A DNA stretch of 63,541 nucleotides, counting the filler, from Reticulomyxa filosa (lineage: Eukaryota; Protista; Foraminifera), in NCBI GenBank assembly GCA_000512085.1. It is 15 parts of 15 records of this genome, joined end to end, with 100 filler letters (N's around TTAATTAATTAA, not from the genome) between each part and the next. Parts side by side here need not be neighbours in the genome. Positions count along the whole stretch, not along the records: positions 41,985 to 58,434 come from ASPP01010817.1; positions 58,535 to 59,823 come from ASPP01041717.1; positions 59,924 to 63,541 come from ASPP01007414.1; 12 more parts are not named here. The stretch is one strand, 5' to 3'. Position numbers and translations under genes: made by a program. Shown here piece by piece: positions 47,201 through 60,381 of the stretch. Each line of letters begins with the position of its first letter. Position 1 is the first letter of the stretch. The notes below the pieces were generated by a model. That model was not told the origin of the DNA and did no database searches. It worked only from the letters and a program-made list of their open reading frames with translations.

Positions 47201-47622
47201 CTGGGGACTCCCAGGTTCCTTCAACGTTCAGATATTTATAGGGCCTTGCCCTACAAAATTGTAGAAAAATGGAATAAAATTGTTCTTTTCATTACTTCTA
47301 AAGATCAAAATTTGTATTTAAAATATGTAAATTTTGAGATCTTATTTAAAAACCGTTGCTGTTGTTTTTTTTGTGCAATAAAACTGCATTATGGTTGGAA
47401 TACATTTTAATACATTCGTTGTATTTCAAAATGAAAATACGAATGATCTTTGTTTGATACACATAACATATGTATTAGCTTGTAGCATTAACATTTTAAA
47501 AAAAATTGTCTTTTTCCCTTCATGAGTTGAAACCATAACAAAGTTTCTCAAGCGTGCACTGATTAAACACACCAAAGTAATCTAAAAAAACTTGCAATTC
47601 ACAAAGTTGTTTTGTTTATGTA

Positions 47623-48943
47623 TTAAATCCTTGACAAGACGTTAGTCCGATTTGGCAACTTGTAAAATCCACCAACGGACATAGCAATTCCAACCAAACT
47701 TAAAGGAATCATTTTCCATTTTAAATCCCACTTTTTCAACTGCATGGGATCACTATGAACAGCAACCGACTGTTTCGCGATTACCACCTTACTTGCATAT
47801 TCTTTCAAAGGCGTATTTGTTTCAGTCTTTTCACGTTGCGTTTGGCTGTGTGATGAATGTGTAGAGTTTTGTCCAGTTGTTTTATCACGTGACGCATTAT
47901 TCGATTCACTATTGCCGTTACCATTTCCACTATCGGTTTCATCTTTTACATCAGAACTATCCAAGTGATCCATCTCTTTGCGAGTCGTATCGTCTTTGCG
48001 CAAATGTTGTGTTATATGTGTCAAACTTGCGCTGAATGGGCTGTTGAATAAAAACCGAATGCTAAATTCACTGTGAAAATACAACACCCACGCACACCAC
48101 AACACACAATTTTTTTGATTTTTTAGTTTTTAGTTTTTAGTTTTTTTAATTTGCGTATGTGTGCAAAAAAAAAAAAAAAGATTTCTTAGAAATACCTGTA
48201 AACACCACCATTGACATGTTGGGAAATAAACAAACTGCATCGAATGCAACCAATGTTGATGTCCTCATGAATAGAGCGACTGACAAATGAAACAAAAGGA
48301 TATTTGGTTGAAGCATTTTTGAACACTTCGGGGTTTGGAAATCCCAAAGTATTATACAATAACTCCACACTGCTCCAGCTTTTGTAAAATATCAATGCAA
48401 AACCCATTTGTGTGCCTAAATTCACAAACAAGTCATTTATTTTTTGCCGTACCTTTCTTTTTTTTTTTGATATTTATGTTTTTTTTTTCAAAAATGATGG
48501 CAAAAAATGTTCTTTTTCTCTCCCCTCTTTTACTCTTCTTTACCTTCAATGTGAGGTCTTAAGAATACGTTGGCCCCTAAAACGGGCAATACCCCTTGAA
48601 AACCGGGCATAAATTGGTTGGCGATGTTTTGAATTAACGTTGCTACGTCCGGGTGAAGTAGCGAATGCGTGGCGATGCTTTGACGAATCGTGCGGATCAC
48701 ATCTTCAACTCGAAGATCAATTACGCCTTTTTGACCCACATATGTCGTCCAATAGACACGCAACTGCCCATTGGAATATCCCAACGACAAATCCCCAACT
48801 TGCAAAGGGTCTTTCACTCCTGGCACATACCGAACTTGGGTAAAACTATTTCCATCAGCTACAGCGAATAATCTAGAGCTCATATCTTGAATTCTTTTCA
48901 TCTTGTCACAAAGGTGATTTCTTTTTAGGTTAATTACCAACAA
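47623..48943 (-). CDS. Hypothetical three-exon protein with C-terminal hydrophobic anchor
   Basis: ORFs 48530-48943, 48186-48431 and 47623-48105 are separated by GT..AG T/A-rich segments; C-terminal MIPLSLVGIAMSVGGFY. Confidence 0.5.
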
Positions 48944-51364
48944 AGTTGCAAACTAAAAAAAGAAACCCTTTACCTACGGTCAGAAAAACAGTTGGAGGTT
49001 CCCAAGCTTTCGGGATTATTGTAATGTATCCAATGACAAGAAGTAGACAGCGTTTTTTTATTGAAGAAGATAGTGTGAATGTGCACTACAAAGATTTTAT
49101 ATTATCCATATATAAATTATCTCTGTTAACCTAATTAAAAAAGAGTTTATATCAAACACAATAATTAAGTATATCTGTGATTATTGTGAAACAATGGAGC
49201 GAATAAAAACTAAAACATGATTAAAAATATGTAAATAAAAAAAGTTGGAGCATATACAATCATCAACGATTTTAGTTTCATAAAAAATATGCTTACATTA
49301 TTTTGTAAAAATGAAATATTGGCACTGTAAAAGAGCAATTTGAAACACACTAAAAAATTATTTATTAATATTAATTCGCGTAAAATGTGTTCAATTCACC
49401 AGATGGATAAAGATTTCAACAGATCTGAATTTTTTAAATTATCAAATGATAAAATGATCGATTTAAATAAACTTTTTTTGCTTGTAGTTGTTAAGAGCCT
49501 ATAGTCACAAAATAAAATCGATCAAATTGTTTGTTTCCAGTTTTTTTTCTGATGAAATAATTATTTGATCAAATGTAATTTATTTGTATCCATTTCTTTT
49601 TTAATCAATACAGGAAATGCCAAATTTTTTCTTTGTCCGATGTCGTTATTGCATTTTTTAAAAAATTTAGTTAAACAATGCGGTTAAATTGAGCAAATGA
49701 ATTAATTTTTTGTGCCGCCTCAATTGATATAACTTTTTAAACCTAAAACCTTTTTTTAGTTTTTCTCACAGCTCTCGCTTTCAAAAAGGGTCACCCGTTC
49801 TTAAATAGATTTTCTGCGTTACTCGTTGTACTTTTGAAAACTGTTTTGTGTAAACATTATTATGACGGATCAACTACAATCTTGTCATATTTGCAATTTC
49901 AGTCTTGCGCTATTGCGCGTCTGTGCAAAGAAAAGGCGCTCAAGCCTGTTTTTGCGTAAACTGTTTTTTAATTACTAAGTTAACTTCTTTTTTTGTTAAT
50001 GACATCACGTTCTTTCCCTTATTGTTGATCATAGTGCAATAAGAGGCTTGTAAGTGATGTTAAATAAAAGTAATTTTCCATGGCGAGGTACCGACTTTGC
50101 ATGATCTGTACCTCAAAACATAAAATTACACATTTTTTAAAACCATAAAAGAGGTAATAGTCAATTTATGTATAACAAAAAAATAGAAATGACGGCAAAA
50201 GGGGTAAAACTAATTTCCAAGTCGTTTGTTCCATGGATAACGCATAAAAGGTTTGTTGAATGTACAAGATCTCTTTTTTGTGATGACTTATAATGTCATA
50301 GTTAATCTTACTGTAAACTCCTTTTCGCAACATCAAAACGTTTGAATTTGCGAACGTGTTGTTCAATAATTTGAATTTTTTTTTGTTCTTGTTGTATGCT
50401 CTTTGCATAAAGAATCTACAACAAAAGAAGGGTTTTGAGTGATCGAGACTAAAAAAGAGCTGAAATGTAAATTTTTTAATCTTTTCTAATCAAGTGAAGA
50501 TAAAAAAAGACTAAACATTGTGATTTGTTTGAATTTTAATAGGGCGTTTGCAGATGAAATAATACTATTTTGGCTGAAGATGCAATTTCTACAAAAATAG
50601 TTAAACGTGTTGTCATTATTTTATTTTAGGATATCTTTTTTTTGGGTCCAAAAAAATGAATCGACTGTTTTTCTGAAAAAATAATGGAAAAAAAAGAGTT
50701 AGAACAGTAGTGTACAAATTCACTTAATAGTTGTTTGTTTTTTTAAAGAAAAGCCGAATATCACGTTGTCGTAGTGGGCTTTGAAAAGCACAAACAAAAA
50801 GCGTTTTGTAGTGGGAGGGTTTTTGTAATAACAATGCAAACAAAGTTAGTGTGTTGCACTTTTCAATCGTATTATCAATAAATTAATTTAAAAATATTTT
50901 CATTTACTGAAGCAACTAAAATTTCTCAAACTATCACGTACACAATGCATTCTTGTGCAAAATTAAGGAAGCGAGCATTAATATCGTTTAATAAGAAGTT
51001 TCTAAACTAGGAGCATTTCTAAAAATATTTTGGAAAAACATTTTTGTACAATTTTTTATACTTGAAAACGCTTCTAAGCTTATTGTTTTAAAAAGTTAAC
51101 CCAACAGTTTCCTTGCGAACTAACATGTTCCTCTGTTTTTCATTTTTCGGCTGTAGACATATAAAATTTTGTTGATTGTTTGCTTGTTGAAAATACAAAT
51201 TGTGTGAACAAAGCATTTGCAACATTTCCGAGTTGTACAGTTCACACTCCAAACAAGATAACAAAAATTGTTAGTTTCCCTGCCAAAAAAAGAAAAAGAA
51301 AGGCCGGACAAAAACATAACCAAACCGAAGCAAACAACACACAACATCAGGATATAACATCGCA

Positions 51365-54300
51365 ATGAATTCCTTATCATCAAAACAATTTACTCTCACA
51401 AACCCATCAGACACAACAGAAAGGATTAACACCAAAGCAAGACAAAGAAGCAGTACCAAGTTACGAGCTGGAAAGTGTCACATTGAGCAAAGTTCAACCG
51501 ACGTGGCCCAAATGATAATTACCGAACGAGATTCTTTATCAGAGTACATGGACACCCCACAAGGCAATTCCTTAAAAAAGTTTCAGCAACAACAAAGGTG
51601 TGAAGTATACGTATTTTTCTTTAATAAAAAAAAGGAAATTACTTTTCTGAAAGTATTTTGTGCCGATCATTTTTTTTTTTCTTTCCTCTTTCTCGCACCC
51701 ACCTAAAAAAAAAAGTGAGGAAACCCAAAACCTGCAAGATACGAACACTGAACCGAGTCAAAACGTCAATACTAACAAAACACGTGTAGTGGCAATAAAT
51801 CCAAACAATCGTTTAAAACTCAAAAATCAGGAAAGTGATGATGGATTATTTGACGTAACAGACAGTGAGGATGATATCCAAAGCAACAACAAGAGCACGA
51901 ATAAAAACAAAAACAAAAGCACAAACAATGGTCACAACAAAGAGTATAGTAACTTTAGTAAAAAACTGATAAATCAGAATGTACCAAGCAATAAAAACAA
52001 TGGGAGAAAATTAACGATAGGAAGAGGTGAAATGAGTCTGAGCATAAGAAAAGGAGCGAATGGCAAGCAAATGAAGAATGACGTGAGCAACAGTGCTAGC
52101 GTGGACAGTGCATCTCCGCATTTGTCCAACCTAGTGTTAAGTGATCAATCTTCGTACGAGTTGGAGACAAACAGCAAAGTTAAAAGCGATGGCTATGGGA
52201 GCAGTGAAAGCGCCGTCGTTAATGACAGCTACCATAAAAAATTGAAAAAAGGTCAAAGCAATGAAAGTCAAGCCAGCATAACATTTGACTCCTTCACTCA
52301 CAAAGATCTCAGACCAGGACAAAGCAATAACATTATTTTCGCACCTATTACCAGAGAAGAGCACAAACGGCAGTCATGGATTCATGCCCCTCAAAATGGT
52401 TCTTTTTGTATCCTTTTTTCAATAATTTAAAAAAAAAAAAAAAGGGGAAAATAAAAAAAAAAAAGAAATTGACAGTGAAGAAGATTTGACAATGTCAGAA
52501 AAAGAAGAGCAATCAGGCAGACAAATTACATCGAAAGAAGAGAAGAAAGTAACAGAAGCACGTGAAGAGTCGTGGAATTTTGCAGACGATTACGACACCG
52601 TGTATGGCGAAAATACCGGAGAGAATCTGACAAGTAAGAAGAGTGGCAGTGGATTGAGTAGTAGTCAATTGAAAAAAGCAAACAAAGACAAAACCGCAGT
52701 GATCGACTCTTCGACAAATGAGTCGAAGGTCGGTCTCCAGCCAATGACAGGCGAGAAACAGAATGTGGGCATCACACAAGGCAAAGACGAATTTCTGGAC
52801 GTTGACGAGGACGTAGAACGTAGTTCGTTTGCGACACTTGGCAACGAAGGGAGAACGGTGAAGTATGACTTGGTCTATTTAACGTCCTCGCCATTGGTAA
52901 CCAAGTCATTGACGGGGTTTACTCCGTTGGTTCAGTTGAACATCAAAGAGGAGTGCGAGCGCTTGTTCGACACACTGCAAAGCTGCGGCGTGAAGTTGAG
53001 CGTGAAGCATGAGGTGGCCACGTCCACCTCTTTGGTTACCTCTTTCATCAGCGGCTGTCGTGTCATGCACTACAGTGGACATGGGTTGCCGCAGTCCCTC
53101 ATCTTCGAAGACCGCAAAGTTATTGGTACCGATCACTTGATGAGCTGCGAATTAATCGGACGCACTTGCAAAGGTGTTAAACATGCTCCTCAGCTCGTTT
53201 TCGCGAGTGCCTGTCACAGCGAAGTTGTAGGTAAGACAGACAGAAATAAGAACATGTATCACACTTTTTCCCCAAAACATTTGTATGCGTATACATATAC
53301 ATGTATATGTATATGTTATGTACATGCATATTAAATATATTATTAATATCCAACAATAACCTAAAAAAAAAAAAAATATTAACAGGAAAGGCTTTTGTTG
53401 AAGCAGGCATAAAACACGTGATCGCAGTGAAGACAGAATTTGAATTGAATGATGACGCAGCCAGCGAATTTACCAACCATTTTTATCACGGCTTGCTGAA
53501 TGGGTACACCATCCTTGACGCGTTCAAGCAAGCCAAGAACGCCGTGAATGGAATGGCGGGCGTCGGAAAGCAAGATGAAGACAAGTTTGTATTGCTGCCC
53601 GTGGACCCGAGCGGCACCCTGCACAAGGTGACATTATTTCCCCATGGCAAGTTGGTCCAAGGAGAGCTGATAAATGACAGCGTCGCCTTGCCACCAAATA
53701 ATTTACCTCCACCTATTCCACACTTTCTTGGACGAAGTGTGGACATGGTAAAAGTGATCCAACCCATAGTCGAGAGCGGGGTCAAAATCGTGAACTTGAT
53801 GGGGTCGCAAGGGGTGGGGAAATCGGCTCTGGCGTTGATGACCGCCCGATATCTGTGCCATCGACATGTGTTCAAAGGAGGAGTGTTTTATATTGACGTG
53901 GCGAAATTAATGCCCACCCACTCGACACTGGAGTCGATGCTGATTCACACGATGAGATCGACGGAAAAATATCACGTCCTCCCCGAATCCGAGTTCTTTG
54001 CCAAAATGCATAACTTTGAGCGCTTGCTGCTCGTGTTTGACCACTTGGACAAGTTTATTCTCAAATCGACGGACGACGAGCACACGACGAATGGCGGCAG
54101 TGGGGAGGAGGATAACAACAATGGCAATGGCAACGGTAATGGCTACGATTATGACGTTGGAAATGACGGTGACGACAACGATGATGGGGACAGTGCAAAT
54201 GTCGATTACGACGACGATGAGGACAACAAGAATGATAGCAGCATCGAAAGTGATGATGCATTGGATCATGATGGAATCGAACGAAGGAAAGGAAGAGTCA

Positions 54301-55974
54301 ACGCAATGGGAAAAGGAAAAGGAACAGGAAAGGGAAGAACAAAGGGATCTCCTCAACGAGGTCGAATTGGCGGTGGACGATCTGGCCGTCGTTGCCAACA
54401 ACAACAGCAACGAACTAAACATCAAAATAACCGCGTTATATCCAAAAAAACCATCCAACGGACCAGCGAAGCTATCAAGTCTTTTTTCAGTACTGTGTTC
54501 GACTTGACCCGAACGGAAATCAAAGTGCTGGTCGTGTCGACGGACAAACGACACGAACTTAGTGATATTCGCGGGGGTATGATTCGCTATCAAGCTTTGC
54601 AAGAGCTTTCGTCGGAAGATTCCGCCAAACTTTTTTCACGCTTGGCCAATCAATTTCGATGGAAGGATGTCTATTCTCATGAAGAATTAATGACGTTGCT
54701 GCAAAATAACCCTTCCAAAATCCATAAAATCGCCCAATTGAAACATGCCTTTGAATGCCAAGATTTGAGGACGGTTGTTGAATCTTACAGCATTAAACAC
54801 AACTTGGAACATCGATTTCGTAAGAATGGCGCATTTTCACGTGATGGCGCTAGGCACAAATCTCGAGGCCATCGCCATCCCACCAATACTAACCTCAATG
54901 CCAAACCCAATGCCAATGTCAATGTTAATAATATTACTATCAATAACAATGGCAATATCAATAACAATGGCAATATCAATGCCAATACCAATATCAATGT
55001 CAATGACGGTGCTAACACAAATCTAAACCGACGTGAAAGTAAAATGGAAATCCAAAAATTCCGTGAAAAACAACGTCTTTTGGTGGAAAAACATATCAAT
55101 GATTTAAACGCACGCAAAATGTGGATCAATGCGAACGGTTCGAATACTGTTCCATTCAAGGCGATATTTGAACAATTGCGGAACAATTTAAAACTTATTT
55201 CGTCTGCACGTCCATTGAAAGAAGTCGACATAATTGAACTTTTTCAACCAAAATTGGATCGATATGATAATTTGAGCATTGAGAATTTTGAAAATTTATA
55301 TTCTTGGTTTGAAGGCATCTGTCTTTTAATTGCCACTCTAAAAGAGTTATGGGTAGATACCAATCCTGTCAGAATCCAAGGTTTTATTGGTCGCGTCAAT
55401 GCGGAGAAGAAATTGCAAGTTTGTGTTTTTTACATTTATTCATCATCACTATTTATTTAATTTTTGTTTGTTAAAAAAAAAATAGTCAGCCAAACCTGGT
55501 ACCTTTTTGATACGTTTTAGCACCACCCAGCTACGTTCTATTGTAATTTCCTACAAGGAAGATGCATCTTCCCCACAATCAGTGCAACACATCAGTGGAT
55601 TATTGGTTCAAGACAACAAATTTTTATTCAAAGGGCACGATTATTTGTTCCCGTTGTGCAGTTTCATCATCAGTTATGCTAAATTTCTCATTTGTACTGC
55701 GAAACCCAAGTCATTCCAAAAACAGAGGTATTTTGGAGTGACGCAATTTAAAGTTTTTTTATTGTTTGTCTGTTCGTTTAATTTGTTTATTTTTTCTCCA
55801 ACTCTCGTTATCACACTTTCTTTTGGTGTTATTGTTTTTTTAAATTTTTTTTTGTTTGATGGTCCCGAAAGAAAGTGTGGCAAAAGTTTTGGAAGAAAAG
55901 CTTTTTCTTTTGAATTGTTTTCTTTTGTTCATTCTTTATTACTTTTTTTTTTGTCCCTCTGTCCGTTGTCTTAG
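51365..55974 (+). CDS. CHAT (caspase-like) protease - STAND NTPase - STAT-type linker/SH2 fusion protein, at least 5 exons
   Basis: CHAT motifs VMHYSGHG (His 53080) and LVFASACHS (Cys 53212). Intron 53231-53385 joins EVVG|KAFVEAGIKHVIAV..DDAASEFTNHFYHGLLNG. Then HFLGRSVD, Walker A GSQGVGKS (53802) and Walker B LLLVFDHLD. Intron 55419-55485 joins LKELW..IQGFIGRVNAEKKLQ|SAKPGTFLIRFS (SH2). First exons and 3' end approximate. Confidence 0.85.
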
Positions 55975-56555
55975 ATAAACTGCCCCAGCCCACACTTTTT
56001 GTAGCAACAAACTTTTGCAGGATTTGCCTCGCACTTTTTTGACTTGCCTCAATTTATCTTATCAAAGTAGTGTGTTTTTTTTTTAAAGAATAAACTGTTA
56101 ATGCTTATATTCTAATTTTCGTACATACACAAAATTTTGCCATTAACTTTGTTTTTCTTATCAAAGAAGAAGGAATTTGATCACAAAAGGATACTTGGGA
56201 AAAAAAGTTTACGCACCAAAATCACTGAAGACACAACGAGCAAAAAACGATCTTATAAAAGTTAATGCCACACCCACAAACTATTCAAAAGTGAAAGAAA
56301 AGAGACAATATTGCTAAAATCAATCTCACAAAAATTTATTTGTTGTGGAAAAAAACAGAGCTGTCTTCAAAAATGGACGACAACTAATACCATGCAAAAA
56401 AACAAACAATACAAATAATGTGCCTTGTCTCATTTTGAAAAGAAAGGAATAAAAAGTAATGAAATCAGATATTTCTCAAAAAATGAGTCTTGGCACTTAA
56501 CAAAAAAATAAAGCAAAATAAAATAAAAAAAAAGAGTAAGTACGACAAATGTATG

Positions 56556-58373
56556 TTATGTTGTTGTGCTATCATTTTTGTTTTGTTGGTTATCATTTGG
56601 TTCATCCTTGCCACCACTCACACTTGGATCAGTGCCAATTGAATCATCCATGCTTTCAGTATACCGAAGTGGGGGTAGCGGCAGTGATTGTAGCCGTGGT
56701 TGGACATTGCCTTGGAATCGAGACATTTTTGCAACGTTTTGGGCAAGTTCTTCATCAGTCATCTCATCATTGCCGTCAGTTTCCCTCAACGTCATTAACT
56801 CAATGCTGTGATGATAAGCGTGTCCAGAGGCAGGAGGCAAAGGAAAAGCGTCATTTTCTTGGGTATGTGAAACTTTTTGTGAGAGCAAAGGCTGTGTTTT
56901 GCCATAGGTTCCCCGAATGATTGTGTCTAACGTTGACTGGCACGAGTACGTCTCAGCATACCAACGTTCAATTCTCATATTCTCTGCTGTAACAACATCG
57001 TTGTCCCGATGTAATTCAGGCCCAACCACTGCCGCACATAAGCAAACCAAGGCTTCTTCATATTTCACGTACCATTCACAGTCTGGCGGCAAATCGGCAT
57101 CAGCATTGGTATTTCGATGAACTAGCAATTTCAGGCGTCGAAGCAGTAAAAGCATATCTTTATGAGATACTTCGCGTTGTACTTTCAGCATACGATTCTG
57201 TCGGTCTTTGTGTACAGACATTGCAAAAACTAAGCCGGAAACAATGAAAGAAAGAGGAGAAGAGGGAAAAAAAGAGTCAAACCTGACATTGGAATCATAG
57301 CAGACAATTGTCTGGACAACAGAAAGGAATTACGTTTTTGAGAACCAGATTGCTGATTTGAAGGCTTGGAAGTGGTTCGTGGCGAGGAAGCAGTGAAAGG
57401 ATACATCGACGCATGATCTTCAAACGGGGTCACTGTTATCTGTCCCGATTTGCTTTGCCTTTTTTTCTTTCGTTTCATTTTTTTAAGTTGCAACGTAAAA
57501 AGCATGAGTTTTTCAAACGGGTCTTGTGAACTGAAGCCGGTAGGTTTGGGAGTGAGTCGCAACAATGATAAAAAAATGGACGCATTAAGTTTGCCCTTGC
57601 CTTGCGGTTCAAACCATAGCCAAAGGTCTCTCCAAACTTTGATCGTTTCAAGTTTTTCTTCTCGTGCAAACGAATCTTTGTTTTCTTGAAATGAGTCCAA
57701 TACCACTGCAATGAACAAATTGATTAGCACCGCCGTTCCAAATATAAAAAAGGATATGAAAAACAGGTACACACTATATAATTGTTTGGTCCCATAATAC
57801 GCCTCCAAATAACACGCATACAAATCCGTCCAGTTATCTTGCGTTGCGACTTGATACAATAAATTAAAGCTACTTAGGAACGTATCAAAATTCGTCTACA
57901 TTTTTTTTTTTTGAGTTTTATTTATTTGTTTATTTTTTTATCCAAATTTTTTTTCAAACATTATCAAAATGAATGTTACATACGCACACAAGACAGAAAC
58001 AGCAAGTACGTATACTTATACGTATATAACATAAAAAAAAAGTATATACATATATGTACATAAATATTTAACTTCACGACGTATCGAAGGATCGATATTG
58101 GCCCCTCCAAATAAATTCATTCCAATGATGGCATAAATGAAAAAAATGACGAGCAACAATAGACCGACGTTCCAAAGTGAAGGAGCGGACTCGATTAAAG
58201 TCCAAAAGAGTATTTTCAGAGTTTGTGCTTTATTGATTAATCGCAGCAAGCGAGCAATGCGAAACAGCCGAAACACATTCAATCGAAGAGTGCTTCCACT
58301 CGCCAATCCAACGACACCAACCACAGAAATTACAAAATCGAACTTGTTCCAATGATCACTGATATAGCCCTTG
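56556..58373 (-). CDS. Voltage-gated Ca2+/Na+ channel alpha subunit, last repeat and C-terminal tail; 5'-truncated, multi-exon
   Basis: WNKFDFVI (S3), NVFRLFRIARLLRLI (S4), LWNVGLLLLVIFFIYAIIGMNLFG (S5), NFDTF..LYQVATQDNWTDL (pore), LINLFIAVVLDSF (S6) and an EF-hand-like WLWFEPQGKGKL..LLRLTPKPTGF. Confidence 0.92.
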
Positions 58374-58589
58374 GTTTATGTGTGTATGTGTGGAGATGGA
58401 TAAAAGGGAGATAACAAACAAATAAACAAACAAANNNNNNNNNNNNNNNNNNNNNNNNNNNNNNNNNNNNNNNNNNNNTTAATTAATTAANNNNNNNNNN
58501 NNNNNNNNNNNNNNNNNNNNNNNNNNNNNNNNNNATGTGTAGGCAAAATGGATGGTCCTTCAATCAACCACGCTCAAGACGGATGAACA

Positions 58590-58840
58590 AGGAACAATTA
58601 CCCCTTGATGTCACTGTTCGTTTTTATCCAACGAACACAACTGGCAAAGCATTTTTTATTGAAATGTATCACAAAACAGTCGACAAAGCCGAAGCTGGTG
58701 ACAATGTAGGTGTGAACTTGGAAAAAGAAAATATGCAACTCACTGGTGTGTATTGATCACCCTGCTGTAGATCCTAACCCACCAAAACAGCAACTAAATT
58801 GACTGCTTTGGTATTTGTTCAAGATTATCCAGGACAACAC
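58590..58840 (+). pseudogene. Decayed fragment of elongation factor-like (EFL) gene, domains II-III
   Basis: VRFYPTNTTGKAFFIEMYHKTVDKAEAGDNVGVNL..KENM, then DPNPPK..TALVFVQDYPGQ in shifted frames. The VFVQD(H)PGQ motif suggests EFL rather than EF-1alpha. Deletions and frameshifts. Confidence 0.7.
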
Positions 58841-59043
58841 GACAAAAAAGACTGGAATGGCGTGATAGGCAGCAACCTTAGTAGAATACAAATGATAGAA
58901 CAAGATCATTATAATATTGCGTGGCATTCAAGCTTTTAATAATGAATGATCGTTTTATTTTAATAAAAACATTTTTTTTTTTTTGAGTTATCAACACAAT
59001 TTTTTTTGGAATGGAAAAGAAGAAATTAAAAAAGTACTAAATA

Positions 59044-59800
59044 CTAATTCGATAACATAATATGAGTTTTAGAATCCAAAAACTCTCTGCTTTCAGGTGT
59101 GACCAAGAAAAAAGAACTATTAAACAAAGGCCAGCGATGTTTACTGTGCGTGCTATAAAAAGCGAGTTGAATCATTTTCGTTGCTTGGTAGTAGTTTTCT
59201 TTTTCTAGCTCTTTCCAAGCATCTTTATAAGTTGGGTCTTTAGGATCATTGCTTCTGACCCGCACTGAGTCCTTTAAGGCGTTGGCAACAGTTTTTTCAC
59301 TCTTTAAATTTAGAAAAGTTTGCAAGACGTTGGCATAGCTAACAGGTCTACTAACCAAGTCATTGAAATCTAACAAAATCCAAAATTCGGGGTCAATCTG
59401 AAGAAGCTCAGTTTGCAGCTCACTCAAAAGTCTCGGCAAAAACAGTGCCCTTTTATCACAATCGCCAAATCGATGCAAACAAGCACTAACAATGGCTTCC
59501 ACCCACTTTCTCCTCATCACCACTACTTTGACGTCATAAATCCATGGGAGTTTATCTGCGTCTTGTGCCAGCTGAATTAGCTTCACTAAATCAGGAGTCC
59601 GATAGATACGTACATCTTGAAAGGGGTAGCTGTAGCTGCGCAACACCAACAAAGAGCCATCTGGTAATGTTTTGCTTATGTTTGCCAATTGCTTACTTAC
59701 ACAGTCGCAAAAGCTACTATTGTCACCAATTTCGTCTTTTATTCGTGGCATCAATTCTGGCTTGTCAATCTCTTGATCCCATAGTTCCCACGTAAAACAT
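59044..59800 (-). CDS. Hypothetical protein, possibly sulfotransferase-fold C-terminal part; 5'-truncated
   Basis: 236-aa ORF. VKVVVMRRKWVEAIVS resembles the 3'-PB R..S motif, and ILLDFNDLVSRP resembles YEDL..P. Confidence 0.45.
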
Positions 59801-59937
59801 CTTTCGTAAAAAAAAAAAAAAAANNNNNNNNNNNNNNNNNNNNNNNNNNNNNNNNNNNNNNNNNNNNTTAATTAATTAANNNNNNNNNNNNNNNNNNNNN
59901 NNNNNNNNNNNNNNNNNNNNNNNTTTTTTTTTTTTTT

Positions 59938-60381
59938 TTAAAAAAAAAGGGGGGGGGGGGGTATTAACCTGTATACATCTTTGATGTGTAGCTTTGATGC
60001 CTTTTGAATATGTGTTACCCATGCAGTGCATTCCGTACTGTTCGCAGCGCGGAATGCATATCGCTTTTTTTTGGATAACAGCTCAAATGTCAGCTTCGAT
60101 GTCTTCATCGAATTCTTAATGGTTGTCCCTTCTAATGGTATCACACGCTCTAACGCTTTTGCGTATTGTGTCTCTGCCATTAACAAAAAGTTATTCGATA
60201 ATACAAAATAGCGTCGCTTCCAAGACTTTGTCGATCTCGTTCGCATGTCCAAAAAACCACTGTGTTCCATTTGCTGAGGAAAGGGCGACTTTCCTCGCTC
60301 TTTCAATACGTCTTCCACTGGATCTGTTGGAGCTGATTCATAACGGCCATGTTTTAGAGACTTGATCTCTGCGAGAGTCAT
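59938..60381 (-). CDS. PH-domain protein, 5' part (possibly followed by a kinase domain)
   Basis: EHSGFLDMRTRSTKSWKRRYFVLSNNFLL..VIPLEG..FELLSKKKRYAFRAANSTECTAWVTHIQKA is a canonical PH domain; truncated. Confidence 0.88.
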   Translation of the reverse strand: MTLAEIKSLKHGRYESAPTDPVEDVLKERGKSPFPQQMEHSGFLDMRTRSTKSWKRRYFVLSNNFLLMAETQYAKALERVIPLEGTTIKNSMKTSKLTFELLSKKKRYAFRAANSTECTAWVTHIQKASKLHIKDVYRLIPPPPLFF

